Part shown: in pieces, positions 31,148 through 44,100 of the stretch
Layout of the letters: every line of letters starts with the position of its first letter
Numbering within the stretch: the stretch's first letter is position 1
From: Nemertoderma westbladi
Taxonomy: Eukaryota; Animalia; Xenacoelomorpha
Reading direction: 5' to 3'
DNA: 62,580 nucleotides
NCBI GenBank assembly: GCA_032718475.1
Contig: JAUCBJ010008493.1
Location: 1-62,580, forward strand
Notes under the pieces: model-generated
Databases searched by the model: none
Told to the model about the DNA's origin: nothing
What the model saw: the letters and a program-made list of their open reading frames with translations, nothing else
Made by a program: the position numbers and the translations under genes

Positions 31148-33592
31148 ATGATAGGGGGCTACGGTGTGAGAACCGAAATGGAATTTGTGTCCGACTTCGG
31201 CGACCCTCGGGATTACTCTAAGCGCCCCCCTGCGGTCACTCGTCGCATCTACTTGTCGGATATGAAGCTGCCCTCCGCCCTGGGCATTGAGTACGTTAAA
31301 CCCAAGCCGTGGGTTGAGGCTCCCCGCTTCGATAAAGACTTCATGTTAATCGTAGAATTCTGCGAGCACGTTGGCCCCCGTCCGGTTCTCTGTCTGCCAT
31401 CGGACGCCTCTAGCGGCGACTTCGATATCAACGCCTTCTCTGTACAGGCCCTCGCCGTGGACTACCTAACCGGGGCGGCGGCCGATTGCGGCGCGCCCAT
31501 CGCCATGACGACCGAGGACACACAGCTGATTCGCTGTATACCGTCGGAACGCGCTGTCGCATATATCCACTACTTTACGCTACGCGATTTGGCCGCTAGG
31601 GGGTATGTGCGACCTTTTTGCGTTTGTTACATTTCCGGGGATTTCAGGAAGATTCTCGCCAACGTGGAAAATCTTAGGAATACTATAAACTCCGCGGTTG
31701 TCTTAATGAAAAAACAAAATAAACTGCAATTCTACAGGGAACTTGTTTCTTATATCGAAAATTTGGAATTTACAAAGAGGGTTTTGTTAATTGGTGGTCT
31801 CCGTAGAAACCCATTGATTACATCCGTGACACATTACACGTTGGAAGGATTAGAAACTGTTATAAAACAACACACCACTATTGCCGAACTTATCGCACGA
31901 CAGATTGGTCTTCATCAAGTTAATAAGACCAGAGGGCGCTGCGAAAGGAAGTATTCGATTAGCGCGGGAAATTTGAAAATTAGCGGACGCAGAAGGCGAT
32001 CCAAGTCGTGGTCAGGTAGAATCAGCGTTGATGTTGAGTCGACTGCGCCGACGCTCGTGCTGGTGCGTAAGGAGAGCGAACGTCGGTTTAACGAGCCCCT
32101 CCGGACGTTGTTTAGTCTCGGCGGGATCGGAGTGCGTCGTGGTCTCTCGTTGCTACGCTTCGCTCTCCAGTATTTCTCACGGGATGCGGCTTATATCGCT
32201 ATCGAACAGGCGGAAGTCTCCATCCTCCAGCCGAGTTGCTCTCTTCTCTCAATCGGTAGATGCCCGGTTGCTAACTTCCTACCCGAGGGCGGTCTAGTCT
32301 CTACCGACAGCGGCGTGGAATGCGGCGCTGACAGACTGTTTCGTGGTCCACCCTTCCCCCCATTATTGGATGTATCATACAGTAACACTATCTGTAGCGG
32401 TAGTTTCGATGATAGCTGGCAAGTATTGTCTCAAAAGGAACTAGACGACAGCAGCCTCGGTGTCTGCTACAACTATTCCGCACCGAGGGAACTTGTTAAC
32501 AGCTCCGAATCGCTCCCAGAGCCCCCTAGTTCGCCACGAGCGCATATCGAGCAACGCTCAATGTCTACAGATGGTAATGCCCCGTCTGTATCTATTAAAT
32601 GTACATCTAAACGCACAAACCAGTGCCAGAAGTTAGGCCTGCATAGACAACTAATCAACCCAATGGACTCGTATAAATTAAGCAGCCAATACCTCGGATT
32701 GATATCGAAATCACAGCAATTAAATCATCAGTACATATTAGGTTTACCTTTATTTTCAAATTTGCTCTCCAGTTCCGGAGATTTCGAAGAAATGCCGTGT
32801 TTTATTCAACCGATGGATTCATCCTGTAGTCTATACAGCAACCATAAAATAATTAAACTATTGGAAGCTTTTCGACCGGTTTCTTCTCAAATCTTATACG
32901 GTTTGCTATCTGGTCGACCTTTAATCGTTATCGCTTCGAAACAATACGAAACTGTGGTTAGAGATTTGGTATCCCGTTTATCCATATTCATCCCGAACGC
33001 TAATAGTTATCGGTCAAACAGCACCATATCGTGGTTAACAAGGGAACTTTCTCTAACAGATCTCACGCAATATAAATTGATCGGTTATTGTCGAAAAGGT
33101 TTCGTTTATAATAAAAGTGCTAATAGAGTTGGTATTTCCAGCTCTATTCTTCCTTATGTCTCTGTGTTGGATTTAAACGCCAGTTCTTTGTGGACCCCGC
33201 CTTATCGAGGACGGCTAATTCATCGTCTCCTCGATAAAATTTACGAACGGTCATTCGCAATGGAGCGCGTATTCAACAATCTAATGCACGAATTATTCCT
33301 GGATCTGTTTATTAAATCGATGCTGTTATTTCGTTCTATATACTGTAATCCCAACTATTTCTCGCACTGCAGCCAACCACAGGAGTTGTGTACCGCATCC
33401 GAATCAGTGGCCTCGTTCTGGGCGGAGCTTAAAGTCGCCGAGAGCGACGCCGTTATTGTTGATTATCTATGCAACGTTATTATCGATAGGATCTACAATC
33501 GGGAACATAACACGCAAGGAACTGTTCACCTCGACAATCGCTCCAATCAAGAGTTCTCATTTCTTGTGAATTTTTGTTGTAATTTGCATTGA
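31148..33592 (+). CDS. SMCR8: SMCR8 (DENN/longin subunit of the C9orf72-SMCR8-WDR41 complex), single coding exon
   Basis: PW...FDKDFMLIVEFCEHVGPRP, FDINAFS...VDY, AYIHYFTLRDLAARGYVRPFCVCYIS and ENLEFTKRVL resemble the SMCR8 N-terminal longin domain; C-terminal ILYGLLSGRPLIVI DENN region. Confidence 0.92.
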   Translation: MIGGYGVRTEMEFVSDFGDPRDYSKRPPAVTRRIYLSDMKLPSALGIEYVKPKPWVEAPRFDKDFMLIVEFCEHVGPRPVLCLPSDASSGDFDINAFSVQALAVDYLTGAAADCGAPIAMTTEDTQLIRCIPSERAVAYIHYFTLRDLAARGYVRPFCVCYISGDFRKILANVENLRNTINSAVVLMKKQNKLQFYRELVSYIENLEFTKRVLLIGGLRRNPLITSVTHYTLEGLETVIKQHTTIAELIARQIGLHQVNKTRGRCERKYSISAGNLKISGRRRRSKSWSGRISVDVESTAPTLVLVRKESERRFNEPLRTLFSLGGIGVRRGLSLLRFALQYFSRDAAYIAIEQAEVSILQPSCSLLSIGRCPVANFLPEGGLVSTDSGVECGADRLFRGPPFPPLLDVSYSNTICSGSFDDSWQVLSQKELDDSSLGVCYNYSAPRELVNSSESLPEPPSSPRAHIEQRSMSTDGNAPSVSIKCTSKRTNQCQKLGLHRQLINPMDSYKLSSQYLGLISKSQQLNHQYILGLPLFSNLLSSSGDFEEMPCFIQPMDSSCSLYSNHKIIKLLEAFRPVSSQILYGLLSGRPLIVIASKQYETVVRDLVSRLSIFIPNANSYRSNSTISWLTRELSLTDLTQYKLIGYCRKGFVYNKSANRVGISSSILPYVSVLDLNASSLWTPPYRGRLIHRLLDKIYERSFAMERVFNNLMHELFLDLFIKSMLLFRSIYCNPNYFSHCSQPQELCTASESVASFWAELKVAESDAVIVDYLCNVIIDRIYNREHNTQGTVHLDNRSNQEFSFLVNFCCNLH

Positions 33593-35967
33593 TTTCATTA
33601 TACTGTATCATATAATTTTTGTATTTTTGTCATTAATATTATTATCTAATTGCAAATTATTGTAAAAATTTAATGTTAATTTGAAAAGTAGAATAAATAC
33701 TAATTTTACAAAAGTCAGATAGTGGCGCACATTGACCGCCAATGAAAAATGTGATCTTCAGCGCAAATTGAAATAAAGTTTCGTTTATTGTTTTGGTTAG
33801 AAAACACCTACACAAACAGTAACCTGCTCCTTTCCCTTAATGTTTTTTAATTAAATTCGATTAAGTTTCTAAACCCACTAATCATATAATCGGTGTTCGC
33901 GGTCACTTTGTGCCATTAACTCCAATAAGTAGCACTGTTTGTTGTCATATCTTTTATTCCGTATTTTCGCATTTTCAAGCGTATAAATTTGCTTTTGCTA
34001 TTTGTAGGAAATATGGATTACAAAGAGGATAAAAATCAATAGTCTTCCATTTTGCATTTTAAAATCTAAAACATTCCAGAAACTGTTTAAGTTTGACTTC
34101 AGACAAGTGTTTTCAAGAATTTTTACTTTACAAAATTATTGCGAGGCGAGTCAAAACAGCGAGCCCGTTTACTGTGTAGTGTGTAGAGTGATTGGTTCGT
34201 AACTAAATACCCTCACAGTTACACAGAGAGATGCAACTTTCGATCGCCATTATCTCAGCTATTTCTCAAGGAGATTTATAGATTTTAACATTTTGGAAAT
34301 ACAATTTTAATAAGTAACAATTGTATGTAATGAGTACTACATACAAAGACAATGAGCAATATAATGTTTTTTGTAAATTTTTTTATAATTTGGGCAACCA
34401 GTTAACCACATCAATTCGTATAGTAAACGAAAAATTAAATATAAAAAATTTATTATTTTTTCTATCCCTGCTGCTGCCAGAATTAGAATGCGAAGGTGAG
34501 TTAGTAGCTTTATTTCCGTTTATAACGAACCAAAGTGAGTTAGTAGCTTTATTTCCGTTTATAACGAACCAAGTTGAGTTAGTAGCTTTATTTCCGTTTA
34601 TAACGAACCAAGGTGAGTTAGTAGCTTTATTTCCGTTTATAACGAACCAAGGTGAGTTAGCAGCTTTATTTCCGTGTATAACTCACCAAGGTGAGTTAGT
34701 AGCTTTATTACCGTTTATAACGAACCAAGTTGAGTTAGTAGCTTTATTACCGTTTATAACGAACCAAGGTGAGTTAGTAGCCTTATTTCCGTTTATAACG
34801 AACCAAGGTGAGTTAGCAGCTTTATTTCCGTGTATAACTCACCAAGGTGAGTTAGTAGCTTTATTACCGTTTATAACTCACCAAGGTGAGTTAGTAGCTT
34901 TATTACCGTTTATAACGAACCAAGTTGAGTTAGTAGCTTTATTACCGTTTATAACGAACCAAGGTGAGTTAGTAGCCTTATTTCCGTTTATAACGAACCA
35001 AGGTGAGTTAGCAGCTTTATTTCCGTTTATAACGAACCAAAGTGAGTTAGTAGCTTTATTTCCGTTTATAACGAACCAAGGTGAGTTAGCAGCTTTATTT
35101 CCGTGTATAACTCACCAAGGTGAGTTAGTAGCTTTATTACCGTTTATAACGAACCAAGTTGAGTTAGTAGCTTTATTACCGTTTATAACGAACCAAGGTG
35201 AGTTAGTAGCCTTATTTCCGTTTATAACGAACCAAGGTGAGTTAGCAGCTTTATTTCCGTGTATAACTCACCAAGGTGAGTAAGTAGCTTTATTACCGTT
35301 TATAACTCACCAAGGTGAGTTAGTAGCTTTATTACCGTTTATAACGAACCAAGTTGAGTTAGTAGCTTTATTACCGTTTATAACGAACCAAGGTGAGTTA
35401 GTAGCCTTATTTCCGTTTATAACGAACCAAGGTGAGTTAGCAGCTTTATTTCCGTTTATAACGAACCAAAGTGAGTTAGTAGCTTTATTTCCGTTTATAA
35501 CGAACCAAGGTGAGTTAGCAGCTTTATTTACGTTTATAAGGAACCAAGGTGAGTTAGTAGCTTTATTTCCGTTTATAACGAACCAAGGTGAGTTAGTAGC
35601 CTTATTTCCGTTTATAACGAACCAAGGTGAGTTAGCAGCTTTATTTCCGTTTATAACGAACCAAGGTGAGTTAGTAGCTTTATTACCGTTTATAACGAAC
35701 CAAGGTGAGTTAGTAGCTTTATTTCCGTTTATAACGAACCAAGGTGAGTGAGTAGCTTTATTTCCGTTTATAACGAACCAAGGTGAGTTAGTAGCTTTAT
35801 TTCCGTTTATAACGAACCAAGGTGAGTTAGTAGCTTTATTTCCGTTTATAACGAACCAAGGTGAGTTAGCAGCTTTATTTACGTTTATAAGGAACCAAGG
35901 TGAGTTAGTAGCTTTATTTCCGTTTATAACGAACCAAGGTGAGTGAGTAGCTTTATTTCCGTTTATA

Positions 35968-37822
35968 TATTAATTTAATTGCGCCATGGTACTGGCATTA
36001 TGGTAGATAAAAACGGTATTTAATTAAATCAAATAAATAAGTAAAAACGTTAAAGAGTTAAAAGAGTTCGGTAAATTACGTATCATTAGAGGCCCAGGAG
36101 GTTAGCGTTCGCGGGTTTTCCTTGCATGTTAGTAGGTGGTATAGTGGGGCCGGGTCTCCGCACAGCAGACATACACAGCTCTCCAGGTTGGGGGCATGAA
36201 ATGTATCTGTCGCACAGATCTTATGATGAAATCCGTGGACCGATACCCGTGTTGTTACGTGCCGACCAGATTGGTTAGGTTCTGTCCATTTTCGGTTCTG
36301 GAATGCCGGGCTGCTCCAGAACTCGACCGGAATTTCCGACTTCTTGGTTACGATATCTGCTCTATATTCCATCAAGGCAGCCGTATCGTTTAGGTGCAGA
36401 TTACAAATGATGTCCTCGACTAGAGTGTTCTCCCCACACAAAGCTATCACAAGGCGATTCAATGTGCTTTTGTGTACGCCCAATGTTTTCTTTAGGTAAT
36501 TAGTCTTTACTCTGTCAATTGTATGGAGGTTCGCGGTAGTCAGATGAGGCCAGATTAGATGTAGGTTGTACGTTATTATGGGTCGTATCTTTATGTTGAA
36601 TACTTTTATAGCGGTCGCCAGAGAAAGATAACGCGGGTTTGTAATGTTGTGGATAGACATTATAGATTTACAACAGATATTTGTAATGTGTGTCGAAAAG
36701 GATAACGTTGGCTGGAAAGTAACACCCAAATATGTGTAAGCGTTTCGGATTATAACAGGTTGCTGGTTGTAATAAAACTCATCTGCTTTACAAAGTTTAC
36801 CTCCCCGTCGAAACTTGATCACGGCAGTTTTCTTTAAATTGACTGTGAGACCATTCAGAGCCGCCCACTCTGATAGAGCATTGAGGCCGGCTTGTAGACC
36901 TTCCCTGGTGTGTGAGTAAAACAGTAGATCGTCGGCAAACAGTAATATTACTAAAATGGCAGCCCGCTTGAGCGCATCTACCAGATCCGCAATGTATAGT
37001 ATAAATAAATAAGGACTGAGTGTATCACCCTGTAATAGGCCGATCAGCTGGCTTATTGGTTTGGTTTTACGCAACCCATCGAAGACTTGTATGTAATTGG
37101 TCGATAGTAGTATTTCTATAAATCGCAGCATTCTTCCTTTGAGCCCAAATAAACGGCGCAGTTTCTCGATGAGTTTAGGTCTTGGAACGGAATCGAATGC
37201 TTTCTTGAAATCCACAAAGCATGCGTACAGGGGTCTCCTTGGTTGGTCGAGGTTACAGTTTATATCATGGAGCAATTGTTCAATGGGTTGTGCCGTAGAT
37301 CTTCCCGGTAGGAAACCAAATTGTTCTCTGGGTATTAGGTGGCTGAAGGCGGCACGTAAGCGGCGAGCTACGAGACCAGTTAAGACCTTGTACGCATTGC
37401 ACAACAACGCAATGCCTCGGTAGTTATCTGGTTCGTTACGTGGTCCTTTACCTTTGTACAACACCTTACATATACAAGATTTCCACGTAGATACAATGCG
37501 CATAGAAATGAAGCATATGTTGAATAACGTTACCCAAAAGTAGAGAGTTAGCGGGAGTGCGGCTTTCAGTAATTCGTATGGGAGGCGGTCGGGTCCCCCG
37601 GACTTCCGACTTGGTTTCTTCATAAACTCTTCCTCCACTTCCTCGGGAGTAAAAGGAGCATTATATGGAAGATCCTCTCCTTCACCGACGGTAGTGTATG
37701 GGACTGATTGCGATGGAGGTTCGGTAGGTGGGGTGGCTGTTGATAGTAGGTCACTGAAGTGTTTTTCCCATGCTGCCAGTGGGACTGGGCAAGGTGGTTC
37801 CGCTCTGCGTTGCTGCCACCAT
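35968..37822 (-). mobile_element. 5'-truncated non-LTR retrotransposon inserted in the satellite, 12-bp TSD TTTCCGTTTATA
   Basis: TSD at 35956-35967 and 37823-37834; RT frame open up to the insertion boundary. Confidence 0.93.
36076..37820 (-). CDS. LINE reverse transcriptase (N-truncated) with C-terminal Cys/His domain
   Basis: WEKHFSDLL, NYRGIALL, QFGFLPGRST, FVDFKKAFDSV, GLLQGDTLSP, LFADD, YTYLGV; tail HGFHHKIC...CVCLLC...YHLLTC. The frame extends upstream of the track start at 37638. Confidence 0.92.
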
Positions 37823-39469
37823 TTTCCGTTTATAACGAACCAAGGTGAGTTAGTAGCTTTATTTCCGTTTATAACGAACCAAGGTGAGTTAGTAGCTTTA
37901 TTTCCGTTTATAACGAACCAAGGTGAGTTAGCAGCTTTATTTACGTTTATAAGGAACCAAGGTGAGTTAGTAGCTTTATTTCCGTTTATAACGAACCAAA
38001 GTGAGTTACTAGCTTTATTTCCGTTTATAACGAACCAAGGTGAGTTAGTAGCTTTATTTCCGTTTATAACGAACCAAGGTGAGTTAGCAGCTTTATTTCC
38101 GTTTATAACGAACCAAAGTGAGTTAGTAGCTTTATTTCCGTTTATAACGAACCAAGGTGAGTTAGCAGCTTTATTTACGTTTATAAGGAACCAAGGTGAG
38201 TTAGTAGCTTTATTTCCGTTTATAACGAACCAAGGTGAGTGAGTAGCTTTATTTCCGTTTATAACGAACCAAGGTGAGTTAGTAGCTTTATTTCCGTTTA
38301 TAACGAACCAAGGTGAGTTAGTAGCTTTATTTCCGTTTATAACGAACCAAGGTGAGTTAGCAGCTTTATTTACGTTTATAACGAACCAAGGTGAGTTAGC
38401 AGCTTTATTTCCGTGTATAACGAACCAAAGTAAGTTACTAGCTTTATTTCCGTTTATAACGAACCAAGTTGAGTTAGTAGCTTTATTTCCGTTTATAACG
38501 AACCAAGGTGAGTTAGTAGCTTTATTTCCGTTTATAACGAACCAAGGTGAGTTAGCAGCTTTATTTCCGTTTATAACGAACCAAGGTGAGTTAGCAGCTT
38601 TATTTCCGTTTATAACGAACCAAGGTGAGTTAGCAGCTTTATTTCCGTGTATAACTCACCAAGGTGAGTTAGTAGCTTTATTACCGTTTATAACGAACCA
38701 AGTTGAGTTAGTAGCTTTATTTCCGTTTATAACGAACCAAAGTGAGTTACTAGCTTTATTTCCGTTTATAACGAACCAAGGTGAGTTAGCAGCTTTATTT
38801 CCGTTTATAACGAACCAAGGTGAGTTAGCAGCTTTATTTCCGTTTATAACGAACCAAAGTGAGTTACTAGCTTTATTTCCGTTTATAACGAACCAAGGTG
38901 AGTTAGCAGCTTTATTTCCGTTTATAACGAACCAAGGTGAGTTAGCAGCTTTATTTCCGTTTATAACGAACCAAGGTGAGTTAGCAGCTTTATTTCCGTG
39001 TATAACTCACCAAGGTGAGTTAGTAGATTTATTACCGTTTATAACGAACCAAGTTGAGTTAGTAGCTTTATTTCCGTTTATAACGAACCAAGGTGAGTTA
39101 GCAGCTTTATTTCCGTTTATAACGAACCAAGGTGAGTTAGTAGCTTTATTTCCGTGTATAACTCACCAAGGTGAGTTAGTAGCTTTATTACCGTTTATAA
39201 CGAACCAAGTTGAGTTAGTAGCTTTATTTCCGTTTATAACGAACCAAGGTGAGTTAGCAGCTTTATTTCCGTTTATAACGAACCAAGGTGAGTTAGTAGC
39301 TTTATTTCCGTTTATAACAAACCAAGGTGAGTTAGCAGCTTTATTTCCGTTTATAACGAACCAAGGTGAGTTAGTAGCTTTATTTACGTTTATAACGAAC
39401 CAAGGTGAGTTACTAGCTTTATTTCCGTTTATAACGAACCAAGGTGAGTTACTAGCTTTATTTCCGTTT

Positions 39470-41152
39470 CCCAGTTAAACATGAACTTATGTTTCATATG
39501 TGGTATATATATGTTGTATGGAATAGGTGTGTCTGGAAATTGGGTTTTTATGCTCATGTATGAATAATACATGTCACGCATGCGGTGATACATACACTTA
39601 GAATGTGTGTATCGCCATTTATGGTATTGATATGTTGCACATATGAATTTATCATAAATAAATGTGTGATAATGCGCATGTGAATAATATATGTCGAGCA
39701 TATGTGAAATAGCCATAGCCAAGACTCCTAGTTAAATTTAAATCCATAAACTATTCAATTCGTAATTGTGTAATCCAGTTCATGGATTTTATATGTTGCA
39801 CACATGTTTGCCTTATGGTAATACAGGCCTTTCAGTAATACATGTACAGAAAAGAATAGCGAGGGGGGATGCGGAATTTGTTGATGTCACTACTCAGCTT
39901 TTTGCATTAAGAACAAATATTCTGTTAGTGTTAGTGTTATATATAGTGTTATACTGTATTTTCAAAGTACCGGCTATTTAACCATATAATGTATAATCAA
40001 TACATACAGACATAGGCCTGCTATACGGTTTAAATGATCTGTGAAGGCTGTATGGACACTAAATTGAAGTAACCATAGTCGATCGTCCAATTGTTTTGTT
40101 TATTGCATTTGAGGGCTGGTGGTGGGACACATTCTTAAAATGATAGGCATTTCATAGTCTGATCCTGCAATCTTTCTTCTTAACCACGTCGTGTCGCTTG
40201 CAATTTAGCTAGTGAATCGCAAATTATTTTATATTTTACCCATAACAGCATAATGCGTTGCATAAGCCTACCGCTTATCATAGTCCACTCAATTGTTCAG
40301 TGATGCAGTGTGTGACTTGCCTGCTTTCTGCCTTGCACTATGCACATTGTGCTGTGCATTTGCATTGTACTGTACAGTGCTGTATTAACAGATTTAGACA
40401 AACATATGTATGGCTGTATGGTGGTTTTCACTTGTCAGGTTGTGGTTGTGCAATGTCATTTGCGCTGCTAAGTATCAGTAAGGGGTACAGACATAGACAG
40501 ATAACATACTTGCACTATACCATCCGTAAGGTAGGCAGGCCTATTGCAATATTCTTATCCCGTTAAAAAATTGAACATATGTTTCATATGTGGTATATAT
40601 ATGTTGTAGGGAAAAGATGTCTTAAAATTAGATATAAAATATCATATGAGCAATTATATGATCTTAGAATTAATTAATTTTCGAAGATTTATCAAAATGA
40701 ATAATCTATTATAGCTGGAAATTAGATAACTTAATTAAATCTAACTAATAGAATACGAATTTACGGATCATCACCAAAATCTATTAAGGATACTCTCATA
40801 TCACTATGGATTAAATATTGTCATATATACTCCGATGCTTCCTTCTCTAAATGTATAGGGTAGGTATAGGGCCGTAGGATAGGGTGTAGGATTGGATAGG
40901 ATAATGGTACTGAGGTAGGCTACCCCCCCCCCCCCCCCGCCCCACCTCTCTATAGGAAATGCAGACCCACACCAGTGTCGGTCTCAGTTTAAATTTTTAC
41001 TCTTTTTGTCACATAAAAAACATATGTGTATCACATGTGAACATTCCACATATGGATCACATTTGACAACACTGTAACATTTACATATATGTATCACATG
41101 TCGAATTATTTATGGCAACCATATATGAAACACATACTCATGTTTAACTGGG
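39470..41152. mobile_element. Non-autonomous EnSpm/CACTA (CMC)-type DNA transposon, 1683 bp
   Basis: Perfect 15-bp TIRs CCCAGTTAAACATGA / TCATGTTTAACTGGG; 2-bp TT duplication relative to the satellite unit; CATATG/CACATG-type subterminal motifs; no transposase. Confidence 0.85.
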
Positions 41153-44100
41153 TTATAACGAACCAAGTTGAGTTAGTAGCTTTATTTCCGTTTATAACGA
41201 ACCAAGGTGAGTTAGTAGCTTTATTTCCGTTTATAACGAACCAAGGTGAGTTACTAGCTTTATTTCCGTTTATAACGAACCAAGTTGAGTTAGTAGCTTT
41301 ATTTCCGTTTATAACGAACCAAGGTGAGTTAGTAGCTTTATTTCCGTTTATAACGAACCAAGGTGAGTTAGTAGCTTTATTTCCGTTTATAACGAACCAA
41401 GGTGAGTTAGTAGCTTTATTTACGTTTATAACGAACCAAGGTGAGTTACTAGCTTTATTTCCGTTTATAACGAACCAAGGTGAGTTACTAGCTTTATTTC
41501 CGTTTATAACGAACCAAGTTGAGTTAGTAGCTTTATTTCCGTTTATAACGAACCAAGGTGAGTTAGTAGCTTTATTTCCGTTTATAACGAACCAAGGTGA
41601 GTTACTAGCTTTATTTCCGTTTATAACGAACCAAGTTGAGTTAGTAGCTTTATTTCCGTTTATAACGAACCAAGGTGAGTTACTAGCTTTATTTCCGTTT
41701 ATAACGAACCAAGGTGAGTTACTAGCTTTATTTCCGTTTATAACGAACCAAGTTGAGTTAGTAGCTTTATTTCCGTTTATAACGAACCAAGGTGAGTTAG
41801 TAGCTTTATTTCCGTTTATAACGAACCAAAGTGAGTTAGTAGCTTTATTTACGTTTATAACGAACCAAGGTGAGTTAGTAGCTTTATTTCCGTTTATAAC
41901 GAACCAAGGTGAGTTAGTAGCTTTATTTCCGTTTATAACGAACCAAGGTGAGTTAGTAGCTTTATTTCCGTTTATAACGAACCAAAGTGAGTTAGTAGCT
42001 TTATTACCGTTTATAACGAACCAAAGTGAGTTAGTAGCTTTATTTACGTTTATAACGAACCAAGGTGAGTTAGTAGCTTTATTTCCGTTTATAACGAACC
42101 AAGGTGAGTTAGTAGCTTTATTTCCGTTTATAACGAACCAAGGTGAGTTAGTAGCTTTATTTCCGTTTATAACGAACCAAAGTGAGTTAGTAGCTTTATT
42201 TACGTTTATAACGAACCAAGGTGAGTTAGTAGCTTTATTTCCGTTTATAACGAACCAAGGTGAGTTAGTAGCTTTATTTCCGTTTATAACGAACCAAAGT
42301 GAGTTAGTAGCTTTATTTCCGTTTATAACGAACCAAGGTGAGTTAGCAGCTTTATTTCCGTTTATAACGAACCAAGGTGAGTTAGTAGCTTCATTTCCGT
42401 TTATAACGAACCAAGGTGAGTTAGTAGCTTTATTACCGTTTATAACGAACCAAGTTGAGTTAGTAGCTTTATTTCCGTTTATAACGAACCAAAGTGAGTT
42501 AGTAGCTTTATTTCCGTTTATAACGAACCAAGGTGAGTTAGCAGCTTTATTTCCGTTTATAACGAACCAAGGTGAGTTAGTAGCTTTATTTCCGTTTATA
42601 ACGAACCAAGGTGAGTTAGCAGCTTTATTTCCGTTTATAACGAACCAAGGTGAGTTAGTAGCTTTATTTCCGTGTATAACTCACCAAGGTGAGTTAGTAG
42701 CTTTATTTCCGTTTATAACGAACCAAAGTGAGTTAGTAGCTTTATTTCCGTTTATAACGAACCAAGGTGAGTTAGCAGCTTTATTTCCGTTTATAACGAA
42801 CCAAGGTGAGTTACTAGCTTTATTTCCGTTTATAACGAACCAAGTTGAGTTAGTAGCTTTATTTCCGTTTATAACGAACCAAGGTGAGTTACTAGCTTTA
42901 TTTCCGTTTATAACGAACCAAGGTGAGTTACTAGCTTTATTTCCGTTTATAACGAACCAAGTTGAGTTAGTAGCTTTATTTCCGTTTATAACGAACCAAG
43001 GTGAGTTAGTAGCTTTATTTCCGTTTATAACGAACCAAAGTGAGTTAGTAGCTTTATTTACGTTTATAACGAACCAAGGTGAGTTAGTAGCTTTATTTCC
43101 GTTTATAACGAACCAAGGTGAGTTAGTAGCTTTATTTCCGTTTATAACGAACCAAGGTGAGTTAGTAGCTTTATTTCCGTTTATAACGAACCAAAGTGAG
43201 TTAGTAGCTTTATTACCGTTTATAACGAACCAAAGTGAGTTAGTAGCTTTATTTACGTTTATAACGAACCAAGGTGAGTTAGTAGCTTTATTTCCGTTTA
43301 TAACGAACCAAGGTGAGTTAGTAGCTTTATTTCCGTTTATAACGAACCAAGGTGAGTTAGTAGCTTTATTTCCGTTTATAACGAACCAAAGTGAGTTAGT
43401 AGCTTTATTTACGTTTATAACGAACCAAGGTGAGTTAGTAGCTTTATTTCCGTTTATAACGAACCAAGGTGAGTTAGTAGCTTTATTTCCGTTTATAACG
43501 AACCAAAGTGAGTTAGTAGCTTTATTTCCGTTTATAACGAACCAAGGTGAGTTAGCAGCTTTATTTCCGTTTATAACGAACCAAGGTGAGTTAGTAGCTT
43601 CATTTCCGTTTATAACGAACCAAGGTGAGTTAGTAGCTTTATTACCGTTTATAACGAACCAAGTTGAGTTAGTAGCTTTATTTCCGTTTATAACGAACCA
43701 AAGTGAGTTAGTAGCTTTATTTCCGTTTATAACGAACCAAGGTGAGTTAGCAGCTTTATTTCCGTTTATAACGAACCAAGGTGAGTTAGTAGCTTTATTT
43801 CCGTTTATAACGAACCAAGGTGAGTTAGCAGCTTTATTTCCGTTTATAACGAACCAAGGTGAGTTAGTAGCTTTATTTCCGTGTATAACTCACCAAGGTG
43901 AGTTAGTAGCTTTATTTCCGTTTATAACGAACCAAAGTGAGTTAGTAGCTTTATTTCCGTTTATAACGAACCAAGGTGAGTTAGCAGCTTTATTTCCGTT
44001 TATAACGAACCAAGGTGAGTTAGTAGCTTCATTTCCGTTTATAACGAACCAAGGTGAGTTAGTAGCTTTATTTCCGTTTATAACGAACCAAGGTGAGTTA

